Assembly (NCBI GenBank): GCA_040437565.1
Contig: JBDOQK010000015.1
Location: 1 to 64,000, forward strand
Origin: Albugo candida
Lineage: Eukaryota
DNA length: 64,000 bases
Reading direction: 5' to 3'
Part shown: positions 1-12,989 of the stretch, piece by piece
Layout of the letters: the number at the start of each line of letters is the position of its first letter
Numbering within the stretch: the stretch's first letter is position 1
Made by a program: the position numbers and the translations under genes
The notes under the pieces: model-generated
Database searches by the model: none
Told to the model about the DNA's origin: nothing
The model's input: only the letters and a program-made list of their open reading frames with translations

Positions 1-60
1 TTTTTCGAGTTGTTTTGTACTAAATTGGCGGGTTACGTAGTAGCCGGCAAATTGAGAAGT
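1..60 (-). mobile_element. 5' terminus of a second copy of the LINE-like element at 17123-18096; the element runs off the left edge
   Basis: 1-60 (tttttcgagttgttttgtactaaattggcgggttacgtagtagccggcaaattgagaagt) is near-identical to 18041-18098; similarity stops abruptly after ...gagaagt in both. Confidence 0.65.
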
Positions 61-99
61 GCATAGAACACCTCAACAGTGTAACTATCCAACTTAAAT

Positions 100-294
100 C
101 CCTGTATTAGAAACTGTGTAAAAGATATCACCCAAAGACTTGCTGTTAAAAAAGTATATTGGGTACTCTCTTAGCAACTATCTGATGTCTCTCTGCGACC
201 TTTCACTGCCTACGACTATTCAGGAGATGGTGACCTTCCACCAGTGGAGATCTTCAACTGACCGTCGCTGCAATCAGTATATCCGGTTCCAACA
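100..294 (-). repeat. Diverged partial copy of the LTR-like repeat at 13821-14177, in inverted orientation
   Basis: Reverse complement (tgttggaaccggatatactgattgcagcgacggtcagttgaagatctccactgg...gatagttgctaagagagtacccaata) aligns with 13827-14015. The ORF track shows the same match: DGQLKISTG vs DGKLKISTG. Confidence 0.7.
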
Positions 295-1299
295 CCCTCT
301 GTAGTGTACTGCACAGTTTTCTCTTTCTGGTGTATGTAGAGATTATCGAGTAACCAATACGCGTAGATTAAGTAGAAAACAGGACTAGAAAAAAGATTCA
401 TGTGCACGCATGCGAATTACCACATGTCAGAACGAGTCTGCATCAGTCTGGAAATGAAAAAACTTGCTCGATTAGGAATCCATGGATCAGGGATTTTTCA
501 ATATTTCGGTGATCATTGCTGATAATTGCCTACGGATGCGGGTGTCGCTATCGATAAAATATATTAGTACTATGAAACCATGCAGGAATAATATGTCCCG
601 GAAAGGGTCCGAACATTAGTATGCAGTAGAGACGTTTTGCACTATATTTGTGAAAACATAGTGAACTTAATACTTCGTGGAACTTGTTTCGGTAAGAAAA
701 GCTGCATCCATGAAAGTCGTGGCATAGTACAGTTTTTACTGTCTAATTATCCGACTTGTACGACACTGCACAAATTTTGTCTCGTATGTCGACATTATCG
801 AGTAACCAATACGCTCAGATTGACTATGAACTCAAGATGAATCGGAAGTTATAGAGACCCAAACTAATACGTGTACCTTCAAGGAAGTGTGTAATATGTT
901 ATGATGGTATGTGGCACGACGTGCAACCATGACAACCATCTCGGGATAAGCAAACATGCATTGCTCGGGATAAACTTTGTATGAATGAGAGCTCTAAACG
1001 GCCATGTAATCTCGCTAAGTAAATTTAGTTGTTATGCATTGTTCCAACTCTTGCGTTGTTGAGGTCGGGAGGTCATTGCAAAGAAAATCTTCGCATAAGT
1101 CTCACATCGAGTCGATAACCGCAAGCGAAATAGGAGTAACTACTGTGGGGTACTCTAAGAATGGGAGAATAGTTATTTGTAGGATCACTGCTTGTCCATA
1201 TAAAGTTTTCTCCTCAGCAGCTCATACTAAAAAGCCTGAATGCTTGTGAGAAGATGATAGAACTTCGTTTTGTTCTTCATTTTTTTGCTCTACTTTAAG

Positions 1300-4100
1300 G
1301 AAACTAACTCGAGCTACAACTGTAGAAACAGTTTGTAAAGAAATGCCAAAAATTTCATCATGTTCAGTCGAGAATCAAAGACTCAAGCCTTGAACGCATC
1401 TGATTGGAGACCACCCAATAGTGCATAGTTTTTGGTTTGGTCCGAAAATTGAGTGTGTCTCGATGGTCTTTCAATATGCGGTATTTCGTTCCTAATTGCG
1501 GACAGGTGTCAAGTCGTTCAATACTATTCCCAAGATATCTGGCAGAGAACCAAAATTTGGCTTCAAGATGAGCAAACATGCCAAGTCATGAAGTATCACC
1601 TCGGGGGTATCCCACTAGCAAGTTATATAGGCTTACTTGCACTTCTATTTACCATGAAAGGAATACGTTTATTTTGGTCAAGGTCTTTATCCATGGACGC
1701 AAAGCTAGAATTGTGGTTTTTGAGTGTGAACTTCAGGCCACAATACACTTTCAACGTTCTCGGAAAAGTTTAATAAGAGAACACCGTCTTCCAACAAACC
1801 CACTTTGATCTCGTTGTAGTAGTTTGATTAGGACTATTTGAAGGCGATCTCGGGACTAGACGTTCCATCATAATTATGTAAAGTGATAAGTCCGTAGTTG
1901 CTTGGTCGGCTCCAGTCACTTCTTCTGTAAAACAAGAGTAACGGTAGCGCTTTGTTGTAACTTGACCATGCGTCCTTTTGCGAATTGAGTGGAGTGAATC
2001 GACTCAGAGACGAAATCCCAAGTCAAGATGAAACGTTCATGAAATTTCACTGGAAATGAAAGGGAACAATGGAAGAGGATTCGTTGGAAGGCGATCGAGA
2101 GTTTTAATATTACTAATCTCGAGGCATTGTATCCATTTAATAGGATCGGTATCACCTGATCCGTCTATTCGGTGAGCTGAAGGGATGCATACTTGTCGTA
2201 CGTGGGTGCAGGCGATCGAAGAAAACCCTCCATGGCTTTTCGATAAATTGGATACTGTTGTCGAAGTGATGTCAAAAGTTTAATATGTGTTATCGCCGTG
2301 AAGGACGGCTTTGACTCTCTTTGCTTCCTACAAATCAAGAGGAGCAGGATAGGTAGCGGCAATCCGGGAATCATCATGAGAATCTTGAAGACGATTGTGA
2401 GCTGATCCTTCTTGCGACGTTTCATGATTCTCAAATTAACGTGAAGCAACAGCCAGTCCATCCTCTTCTAATGTTCGAATAAGGCACCAAGGATATATTC
2501 AACGCTGGTCCGAAGCTGGTTCAAAAGACCCTTAAGTTGGAGTTCAGCACCACCTGGATTTCGGGTTCTCGTAATACCTATGTAACGGAGTATCATGGAA
2601 GGGATACTAAGTCGGTTATGCGTCATGGCGGAGCTAAAACGGAGCTTTAAACTGGCATGATGATATTGATATTTGCTGCTTTGCTTGATCGTACCCAAAG
2701 GGAAGCATTATTCAATAAGATTTTGGTGTTCAGGTCCCACGTGAAGGCTTATGTGGTGGATTATGGCGAGCCTCAGGCATCAACAAGTCTCAAGTGAAAT
2801 GTCCATTGATGTGAAGAAATCATAAGATGAGCACGTATGCTGAGATTTGCTAGAACTTTGTACCCAGTCGACGATAACGTTAAGTCCCCTACGATGTTAC
2901 GATGCATACCATTGGAAAAGCAGTGAGGAGAGAGTCTAAGATTGTATTGCGCGGCAAGCAAGCTTTTTCAAAGACCACATGACTCCACTCGTATAAAGAA
3001 ATTTTTATTTGAAAATAGATTAACGGCTTTGAGTCATGTTAGTATTGTACCTGGACGTACTTTTGACGGTAGAGATTCAGGGTGATGTGACGGGAAGATT
3101 ACTTCCAGGTCAGTACGTCCAACGACATTGGTAAGATCCAGGAGATACCAAAATGACCTATCGACGGAATCCAAGGTACTGATATAATTCGAGTCGCACT
3201 TTAGTGATCGGCGCACCGAAATGTATTTTCTGAAATCTGATAAGTTAATGGGTATGAAGAACTTGCCTATAAAACGCTGAGTTGACTTGGATGATACCAT
3301 TCAAAATGCGTGAATGGCTACAGCGATAAAAACGCTTCTTGGAACGAGAGGAATCGACTGGAGTGTGTCCAACGACGTCGTGAGCATCGCAGAGCTCAAC
3401 GTTGGTCTCCAAGGTAGATTTCTCCTTTTCGGATCTAAAAATGTGCACGCAAGAATACTAGAGGCGTCCATTGGGAACAGCGAAAAGGAGAAAACTACTT
3501 AATTTCGACGCGCAAAATTCATCAATTAAAGGATCTTCCCATAAGGAGAAAGTAACTTTTTTTCGGTGGTAGCGGACCCATAATCATTTTTGAGCAGTCT
3601 ATGGGCTAGAGAACGAGTTGGGCTCTGGAGGGATTACGTGATTCACACAAGGTGACTGAAACTGAAGGTATAATTCGAATGTAGCCAAAACCTTGACTAA
3701 AGTCTGGACTTCGTCTTTCTAAACCAGCACGCAAACAGCGCGGTCTCTGGTTGGATCGAATCGGCATATAGACTAGCTATGCGCCAAACAACGTTATAGA
3801 GTCACCATAAGTCCGTTTAAAGCTAGCATGATTTTACACTAATGGCATAATCTAAGAACATGATTTGCTGAGCAATGGAAGGTGACCGAAAGACTCGTTC
3901 AATGATGATGGGTCGTGTCCCAGTGGTCACCAAACGGGTTTCTGTGGTTTCGAACGACATAAAAGTCCCTGGAGTACCTCTATATGGTCCGCACGGTGAG
4001 TACAATCTACCCGCATCCAGGTATAGTTGTGAAGACGTCAGTCTTCCGACATGCAAACAATGGGATCGCTATGTAGAGTTTGTGCTGCGAGCAAAACCAC
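1300..4100 (-). mobile_element. Highly decayed Ty3/Gypsy LTR-retrotransposon pol relic (protease-RT-RNaseH-integrase order)
   Basis: Fragmentary minus-strand motifs in Gypsy order: LYLDAG (~4020, protease-like); YISTLD and LAAQYNLRLSPHCF...LTLSSTGYK (3200-2850, RT-like); TPEVILHD and CPQLGTKYR (1620-1470, integrase-like). Many stops and frameshifts. Confidence 0.5.
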
Positions 4101-5192
4101 ACTCGTCAAGCGAGCAACATGCCTTGGCGTCGGTCATATTTGAGGCAAAGAAAGTCAGTTTATGCCCAGCAAGGTAAAAGAAAATTCGAAGAAGAGGAAG
4201 CTTATTCGGTACAAGGTAGCTTTCCCTGCATAGGTGGTGGTGGCCCGCCATTGATCTGCTACAATGCTGAAGACCTAGTCTAGACGACACCCTGGAAGTG
4301 GGTAAGCCCTTTGAGCATGAATTTATGGAATTATCTCTCCACCGTTGAGCGTTAAATCAAGCTTGTGAGTGATTTGCTGGTCTCCTAGTGTCTCATACGT
4401 AGACGCTATTGTTCGCTTTTTAGTGTAAGAATGTAAATATATAATGGGCATTGATCTAGTTATCTCCTGTCTAAACTTTTCTTCTTCCACAACCTCCTCT
4501 TCCTATATCGTCATCAGCGTCTTATGCCGCATCCCTCGGTACAGTTCCAGTGATTATCGCGTCATATCAACACAGTGAGTCTAAGATATCAGGATCATCC
4601 GAAACTTTGAGACGTGCTTGATAAATCACACATTTCGTCGTATTGTGTCACTTACGAGATATAGTATATTAAAAAAAATATCAAGTTGTACTGCGCTCTA
4701 ATACAGTATTCGCAATTACTCGCAATGGGGAGATATGCACATCAGTTGTCAAAACTTGATCAATCTCGTAGCTTGCAATAAAGTACATAATACCACTTTT
4801 CATCGTATCAAGCACATAAGTATAGTATTGCAGTTCGTTGCCGTCTTAATTTTCTCGACAATCAGCACGATCTTTTATACAGTGCACACCACCTATAACT
4901 TGTAACGCCTGCGGGCCTTACTGAATTTACTACTCTGCACACATAAATCATCGAACAGCAAAATACCTCTTTTATCTAATAGATGCAGTCTAGAGCTTCA
5001 AAATTGGATGAATTTTGGTTGAATTATAAGTCTCTAAAAGTCGCATTGTATTTCTGCATTCTACTATTAGTATCCTATCAATGCGTGAAAATTGGCTGCC
5101 ATCAGTGGGAAATATAGAGTTTAGGGGTTAGGTTTTAGGGGTTAAGAGCAATTGTAATACAGTATCTAACAATATATATCATACTTACAGCT

Positions 5193-5824
5193 TCATAGAT
5201 AAGCTGCTAAATCATAGCTGTCTGTGAGAACTGAGTCTGGCACTCTTCGATGTGATCGGTATCTTTTCATAGCAAATTCCGCGGCTTCTCCGGTTAGATC
5301 TTTCCGATACACATCCATATATCGGAAGCACTTTCTAGCATGGCGACGGATTGTTGCGAGCGAAATGAAGGCAAGTGCATTCGGAACTGTCGCAACCAAT
5401 CCTTTCAATGTGTAAACTCAATTCTTATTTGCGTATCGTTTTGCTTCCCTCAAAACGTATTCTATTTATTTCAATTTGCAATGAAATTGGGGTAAAATGT
5501 GATCAGATGGTCCGCCGCAGTGACTGTCTCTTCCAACAAACCCTCTTGAGCTATAAAGTATGGCTGGTTTTGAATAACACTGCGGCCGCAAAAACTACCT
5601 GTGTCACCACATCTAACCCGGCAATCCAGGAGAAGGTCAGGCGTCCAAAGATTGCGTTCCTGCAGGACGCTTTTATGCATTTTGGCTGTCCGCATAGCGG
5701 ATTATCTGTGGGAAATACCATGGTTTGCGCTGTCCCACCTCCAAACATTTCATCCCGCATCACTGGAAGAAAAAAAGAAATTGGTTTTGTTATGAAAGGA
5801 GCAGGATGGTTGGTATCAAGATGA
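5193..5824 (-). pseudogene. C-terminal part of an IS630/Tc1-mariner-related (DDE_3-like) DNA transposase, frameshifted
   Basis: Pieces GQPKCIKA / VLQERNLW / IQNQPYFIAQEGLLEETVTAADHLITFYPNF (cf. FYPKFHCELNxIE) / TIRRHARKCFRYMDVYRKDLTGEAAEFAMKRYRSHRRVP match a fungal/oomycete transposase family signature. Confidence 0.75.
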
Positions 5825-8086
5825 AACGTGATTAGGATAAAGGCTTTTGTAATGGTATTGGGGAGCTTAAGATTACGCCAATTATATACGTTGACGTTGT
5901 ATGTTTGATGATTCTTCAGTTTGGTCGGAAAAAATAATAATCACAGGTCACAGATGACTTGCACTATAAGATGAAGACAAATTATGTTTTTGGAGTTTAT
6001 CTCTCTACATACAGCATACGACTAATGAGAAGTGACACCTTATACCTTATTGCATATACGAGGATTAGTGGTCATTCGCAATAGATTGCGGAAGCGCATT
6101 AGTGGTTTTGAATCTTGCCAAATAGCATTAAGGTCTTTTCGACAAGTATTTAAAAGGTCACAGCGCGCGATGTCGGACTCGTTGAAAGTTGATCTTTTTG
6201 TGCTGCCGCTTTGCCGTCCTAAAAGATCTACGTGATGTTGCGATTAGCGCCAGCCGTTACGCTCGAAGCAGCTCGTTAAGACAAAACTCGCTGAGTAGGC
6301 ATTCGCTGAGTTCGGGCATCTAATTTTTTTACACTCGAGGTATGTATAGGGGAGGAAGTAGAAGTAGAAGGAGCATGACAAGGGATCCGCACGAAAATAA
6401 CAGAGAATCAAAGCATCCTTTTGAGTGCGAAGAACATATTGTCCTACAGGAAAATATATCGTATTTATTATTCTTTCATGCTACGATAACACCGCAAGTT
6501 GTATGCATAGAGCAGAATACAAGTGAAAGCTGTTACAAAAAGGATATAATGACAAGCCTTACGTGTACATTTCAATATCCTTGCTCCAGTCGACGATCCG
6601 TTTTGTACTCATAGTGTTTTGACGCACAGAACCAGCGGCTTCTGTTGTCGACCTACACGTGATAGCGAATGTTGTGCTCGTAGCATTAGCCTTTGTAATT
6701 TGTCCAGTCAGCTGCTTCTATGATACAGCATCAGCCTCAATTTTTTAAGCGTTATTTGTACAATAGAATTTCATTGTTTGTGCTTTCGAATATGAACACG
6801 CCCTTGCAATTTATATAGGATACGCTAATTCATATAATAGCTCAAATGCGCGTCACAAATCATCACGTTTGTCTATATCGTGGCCAGTTGAAACATACTA
6901 CTGAAAGTGCTCAAATGTTTGGAGAATTTTGCCGTCAGCTAATTTTTAGAAGTTGCTTGGGAGATGGAAAGTTTAGCTGATACGTAAAACATAGCGAGTG
7001 ATTTGAATCCATACACCACAAAGCAGGAAAAAAGGCGATTTTTGTTGTGCAAACGTCATTGTTGATCACAATGCTTGGAGACGGGTCTCTTACACCAACA
7101 GCATCAATTGTAACCACAAAGCGGCATAATACGCTAAAAAAGTCGACGTGATCCGCGTGTGACCAGAGTACTTTTACCACAACATTTTGTATGAGGAGTT
7201 GTTCTGATAAAAGTTCAACAAACTATTGCTCGTTGTTAGATATCTTGAATTATAGTCGTAGCACTGGTACTTGTATTATTCCTGAGTTTGAGCCGCGCTT
7301 ATAAACGGCTATTGTCATTTTAATCAAACATGTGTACTGGATTGACGTGCTAAGTTACAAAACGAAGTAGCATTTCCAAGGATTTTATGCTGCTCAGCAT
7401 TAGTGTTCCCATCATGTATTTCGACCTGCGCAATAACATTTTATCGTAAAGTGATGTACGTGACTCAAAATGTCGAAAATATCTAAATGATCCTACTAAA
7501 TGATGTCCTTCGATGTTTGTAGCGCCATCATACAAAGGAAAGTGATGCAGGTGTCATAACTGACAGGGCTCTAGGAGGCGAATTGTATTCTTGATATGGA
7601 AGTATGCTGTAGCTAAAGCAAAAGATTGTACTGCTCGTCCAGTTTCTTCAATTTGAGTCGTGCCACAGTCCAATCTGTAGAAAACGTCAGTGAGACTTCG
7701 ATCAACGAACTAGAAGATCCCGTGAAACTATCAAACGATTATTGGTTAATTACAGCCAGCAGTTAATTAGTCAACCATCATTTTTGACTGAAATGGTCAT
7801 TCGACGTCAGATGCCGATCATGATTGAAAACCAATCAACATTNNNNNNNNNNNNNNNNNNNNNNNNNNNNNNNNNNNNNNNNNNNNNNNNNNNNNNNNNN
7901 NNNNNNNNNNNNNNNNNNNNNNNNNNNNNNNNNNNNNNNNNNAACGAACTAGAAGATCCCGTGAAACTATCAAACGATTATTGGTTAATTACAGCCAGCA
8001 GTTAATTATCATTTTTGACTGAAATGGTCATTCGACGTCAGATGCCGATCATGATTGAAAACCAATCAACATTCTAGAAGTGACAA

Positions 8087-9168
8087 ATGGAAACCGATTT
8101 ATTTTCTTTCGAAGGGGCTTGTGATCCTTACTCTGAGGGTGATGCTATCATACCATCAAGGACGCGACTACTTAAGTGGACCCGTAGATTGGTAATAACA
8201 AAGCAACCCTCCTCTGAGTTCTATAAAGATGAAGGTTGGTTACTGCAACCTTCTTTTGCATGATTGACAGCTGATGATGAAAAGGTGGTAAAGCAAATTC
8301 ACTAAATGTCGAAGTAAGTTTGGTGGAGTTTGATGAGAATGGGGATAATGTACGGACCCCCGATCACGAATTTATTAATGTCCCACTTCGTGTCGTTCTC
8401 TACTTTGAATCCGGGAAACGAGTGGATCGAAACGATCAGGACATCTTCAGATTTGTTGGGAATGAGTATGATTCAATTGTGATTCGTGCGGAAACAAGGA
8501 AAGTTGATATCAGCTTTCGTCTGGAAAAGGTACATCGAGTTTATGCTAAGATTTACGATAACATTTCATTGTCTTCAAAAGGTGAGCAGACGAAAAGATG
8601 GGCAGAGATTCAAACTACGTATTGAGGTGGATTACGAGCAATGTGCGGCAAATATGGAGGATTTAATGCCGGTATTCACCACGTCAATTTGTGTCCTCTC
8701 CAAGCGGAAACACAACCGTGAAAAGCAACGCAACCTCATTGAACCGCCTCAAAAAATTTGTAGAAAAGGTACATATGAGACTGCATGCAGCGATGTATAC
8801 AAAGTGTAAGCTTTCATAGATCTACTTCTTCTAGAAGAGAGAATCAGCGCACAAATTGACAAGTTACAAGATGCAGTATCGAAGTTGTCAAACCAATTCA
8901 AATTACAAGTAAGAAATTCGTCAAACCCAGTCACTTCTGGAGGTTATCTTCGCTTGTTTAGAATGATACACTTCAACAAGCCTCGGATTATCAGCTTCTG
9001 TACGCTGGCAAAAGTCATACATCCCTTCCCTTGAACATCGACCGAACGTATATTGACAAAGAAAGCATGCAGCGAGCGATGAAACCAATCCCTTTTGATT
9101 GGGACGCAGACGCCGAATCAATTTTGGGGATACATGAGTGTGAGGTTACAGGTTCGATGACAATGTAA
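8087..9168 (+). CDS. 5-exon hypothetical protein; putative beta-sandwich DNA-binding domain (CudA/STATL-like) followed by a coiled coil
   Basis: ATG 8087. Exons ~8087-8234, 8285-8529, 8582-8768, 8820-8908, 8962-9168 splice in frame via GT-AG introns: ...FYKDEGGKANSLNVEV...VPLRVVLYFESG...FRLEKVSRRKDGQRFKLRIE...TTSICVLSKRK...DLLLEERISAQIDKLQDAVSKL...; TAA 9166-9168. Confidence 0.7.
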
Positions 9169-9745
9169 ATTCATAGTCTCATGTTGTTTCAGTGCGTACT
9201 GGTCTCGAACACGTCAACCGTGTATCGGATGGTATTGAGTTTTGTTGCATAGATTTCTTTAAGGAATTAAAAACTTGTTTCACACGTCAAAATGAGAAAT
9301 GATCAAAGTCAATCTCAACGCTGATAGAATGCTAGTCGGCTAAAATCTGCTTAAATCACTTGAGGTGAGCTTTTCGAGTCGTCCAAATAGTAAACGGATA
9401 CATTCAAGGATATATCCTAGTAGGATTTCTACATTAAAACTTAGGGAGGCGTACATTTTCCAATTCTCCGCTTGGGTAGGCTCGAAGCGCTGCCCACACC
9501 GGGATAGAGCCAACGACCTCCGCCGTAGAATCTTCTTGCTCCTTCTGCCTGAGCTCGGGCGGATATACAGCGATCTGAAAAAGGTAGATTAACTACTTAG
9601 GAATACACCACTTTGCAAATTTCTTTTCGAAATCGTAAAGAAAGAATAAAGCGTATGTATGGACAAAGTATAGCAAATAAAATGTGTCGAAAATAGATCG
9701 TTTTTCGTTTCTGGCAACGCCTGAACCTTCGTAAAATAAAATATA

Positions 9746-12700
9746 GAGAATATGGGGATTTTATANNNNNNNNNNNNNNNNNNNNNNNNNNNNNNNNNNN
9801 NNNNNNNNNNNNNNNNNNNNNNNNNNNNNNNNNNNNNNNNNNNNNNNNNNNNNNNNNNNNNNNNNACTGTTTTCAAAAAACATGGTTTATATACAAAAAG
9901 TTAAAAAATATGGTTTGTATACCAAAAGTTAAGACAATATGGATTATATACAATATGGTTGAGGAGGGGGAATAAGGTCAACAGGGTAAAGATGGGGAGT
10001 GTGTAAAACCAAAAGACCAAAAGTCGAAAAAATATGGTTTATATACCAAAACGAATATCACACGGGCGAAATTGAAAAAAAATGAAAAATACACCAAATA
10101 GTCTTAAGTTTATTTAAAATTATGAAAAATATACCAAAAAGTCTGGAGTTTACACATTCTTGAGTGCCATATCGTTAGAATATTCACATCTGACGACTAT
10201 GATGACTGCCAGCAACGACGTCTACGTTGGTGAGACACAAGAGTCAAGTAACGGCTGTTCACCAGTGGACTGGGCATACGGGCGTGCATACTTTTACTCA
10301 CGCGACTACGCTAGTCGCGACGATATAACAAGTGCGATCATTAAATAAAAGTTGGACGAGCGTTTCGTGTCATATCGAGCGACCGCAGACGCTACAAGGT
10401 ATTGTCTTTCGATTCAAATTTCAGTTTCGTAGTCGCTTTGCGTATGCCAGGGGATTTGAGCCGCCTCATACGTTCGTGCTGCACATATACGACGCAACGA
10501 GGGTTGACTTGGCTTCATACGAAGCGAGTCGTGGAAACAAGTCTTCATGCGTCGATTTGATTGACTCGGCCCTCCAGTTCGTCGTTGATAAGGGTCGTGA
10601 CGCCAGTCTAGCTGAGATGCAAAAGAAGCTGATGGCTGATAAGCGTCGATTGACGTACCAGACTTATGTCGACGCCTGCATTCGCCTCAAATCGCAACAT
10701 TTCTATGGAAGTCGCACGCAATACCAGTTTATCTTGTCATATGTACACGAAATGAACAAGCGCGGACACAAGGCAGATATCAAGTTGCGTGAGGACAAAA
10801 ATTTTAGGGTTTTCATCGTATACAAGCCCGGCATTCATGTACTTCGCGAATTTGCAGATAGCGGTATCAATGTGGATGGTACATTTATGAAGCACAAATA
10901 TGGCGGAGTCCTTGTCAACAATGAGATCCAAATTGTCGCGGTCGCTTGGGTGTCAGGTGAGACAAAAGACAATTGGTCTTGGTTCTTGGACTTTCTTCGA
11001 CGCTCTATAGAAGCGTCAGCATTCGTCATCTCCGATCGTGACAAGGGTCTCATTCCGGCGATGCAAGTTGAAGCAGGTGACATCCCTCACTTTTTTTGTG
11101 TTCGTCACATGCTCGAGAATTTCAACGCCAAGTTTCGTAATGCGACATTGAAAGACCAGGCATGGAATCTGGCCAAGTCCTTGACGGATGAGTCGTTTAA
11201 ACGTCGAGCCAGTGAGTTGAAGAAACACAATGCAAAGGCGTGCAATGGCTACTCGATGCAGAGAAGCTCAAATGGGCTACCGCGTATAGTAAACGTCCGC
11301 GCTTTGGGACCATGACTAGCAACAACGTGGGGTCTGCTAATAACGTCCTGCTTGAAGCTAGAGAAAAGCCACTTTGGACTGTCTTCTGGCGGTGGAATAG
11401 TACATAGGGATCAAGTGGGTTGAATTCGTCGCCAAGTCGGCTTCATGGGTGGGAACTCACAGCTTACGCAACCAAGAAATTCGAGCGCAAGCGCTATGTC
11501 TCTGTCGTTGACAGGATCGGAATCGTCCCGAGTTGCCTGTCATCCTTCGTGGTCAAGGTGAGGAAGGATCGAGAGCTTCCTGTGGAGTATTCTGTGGATC
11601 TAGTTAATCCTGAAAATACGTTTCTTGTGGATACTTTGGCGTCATGAAAGGACCATGCTCCCATTTCTATGCGGCCCTTCGATTCGTCAACAAGCTCTCG
11701 CTACTTAAGACTTTCTGCGAAGCGTCGTGGACCAAGGAGATGTACCAGCGTGCTTAGGACCCGTGGTAAAGGTGATTTCATCCGTGACGATGGATGAACT
11801 GACGCGTTTAGAAAAGCACCAACCTCTCGCGGTGTCAAAAAAGCGTGGTCGGCGGTAGAAGTCGAAGCGAATCGAGTCTCAGGCTGCCCTAGAAGCTTTT
11901 AAGAAGAAGCGCAGCAACAAGTGCACTACATGCGGTAACTACGGCCACAACAAGCGCACCTGCAAGGACCAATCTTTTTCTAGTGGTAAACAATACTTTT
12001 TCATAATTTTACACAATGTTAAGACCTTTTGGTGTATTTTTCATAATTTTACGATTCGCCCGTGTAATATCCGTTTTGGTATATAAATCATATTTTTTCA
12101 ACTTCTGGTATGTAATTCATATTTTTTTTATCTTTTGGTATATAATCCATATTGTTTTAACGTTTGGTATAAGAACCATATTTTTCAACTTCTGGTATAT
12201 AAACCATATTTTTTGAAAAAAGTGGTATAAAAATCGATAGGTTTCCGCGTTTATTAGTTAACAATACTGGATCAAGTGCGTTCCGAAATAAGTTAGAATT
12301 AGCAATAGTGTGCTCGATGAGCCTTCGTTAAAGGCCACGAAGCACGTTGGTAGTAGTAGCATAGGATTCAACGTGATTCCCATCTTTACAACAACCGACT
12401 CGGTACGCGTTTTGTAAAATCCCGAGATCAAGAACCTAATCTGTCCATATTCGATAAATGGTTTACGTGCGGATGCTTTCAATCTGACCCGTTCGTGCTT
12501 TTGTATCGGAAGTAGAGAATTGAAGCATGAGGAATCTGTTCGATACTTTATCAGACAACTTATATAACATTTTTGATGATTGCAAGGAGCAACTCCATAT
12601 TTCCGGAATTTCTATCAGCAGCGATGTACAACTGGCGACGTTGTCACAAAGTACGCTTACTTGATATGCAGTAAAAATGAATTTGTAGCGTGTCACGCTC

Positions 12701-12989
12701 GTTCCTCCGAATTACACCCTTTATCATTCGTATGGTTTTTGTATTCGGATGATTTGATTGATGAACGACTTGTGTGCGATAGAAATGCCGGTAGCATACA
12801 AACTGCAATGGGCNNNNNNNNNNNNNNNNNNNNNNNNNNNNNNNNNNNNNNNNNNNNNNNNNNNNNNNNNNNNNNNNNNNNNNNNNNNNNNNNNNNNNNN
12901 NNNNNNNNNNNNNATATAAACCATTTTTTTTAACTTTTGATACATAAACCATATTTTTTGAAAAGGTGGTATAAAATCCATAGGTTCCC
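9746..12989 (+). mobile_element. Mutator/MULE DNA transposon with long, internally repetitive TIRs and a 9-bp TSD
   Basis: TAAAATATA at 9737-9745 and 12990-12998. Left TIR 9746-~10140 (gap-interrupted) is inverted relative to ~12000-12246 and 12914-12989. TIRs contain ~29-bp subrepeats (tataaaccatattttttcaacttctggta). Confidence 0.8.
10199..11983 (+). pseudogene. MULE (MuDR-like) transposase with SWIM and C-terminal CCHC knuckle, disrupted
   Basis: ORF 10332-11315 has VDGTFMKHKYGG, GETKDNWSWFL, VISDRDKGL, HFFCVRHMLENF. It continues after frameshifts with TSNNVGSANNVL, a SWIM-like GPCSHF and CTTCGNYGHNKRTC (~11920-11965). Confidence 0.85.

Noticed and set aside
4389..4571. Possible 5' LTR of the Gypsy relic (TGTTGA...GAGACA on the minus strand)
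   Set aside because: No second copy in the window and no clean TGG primer-binding site.
12060..12215. CRISPR-like periodic repeats
   Set aside because: Units are contiguous without unique spacers, mirrored in the opposite TIR, and the genome is eukaryotic: MULE TIR subrepeats.
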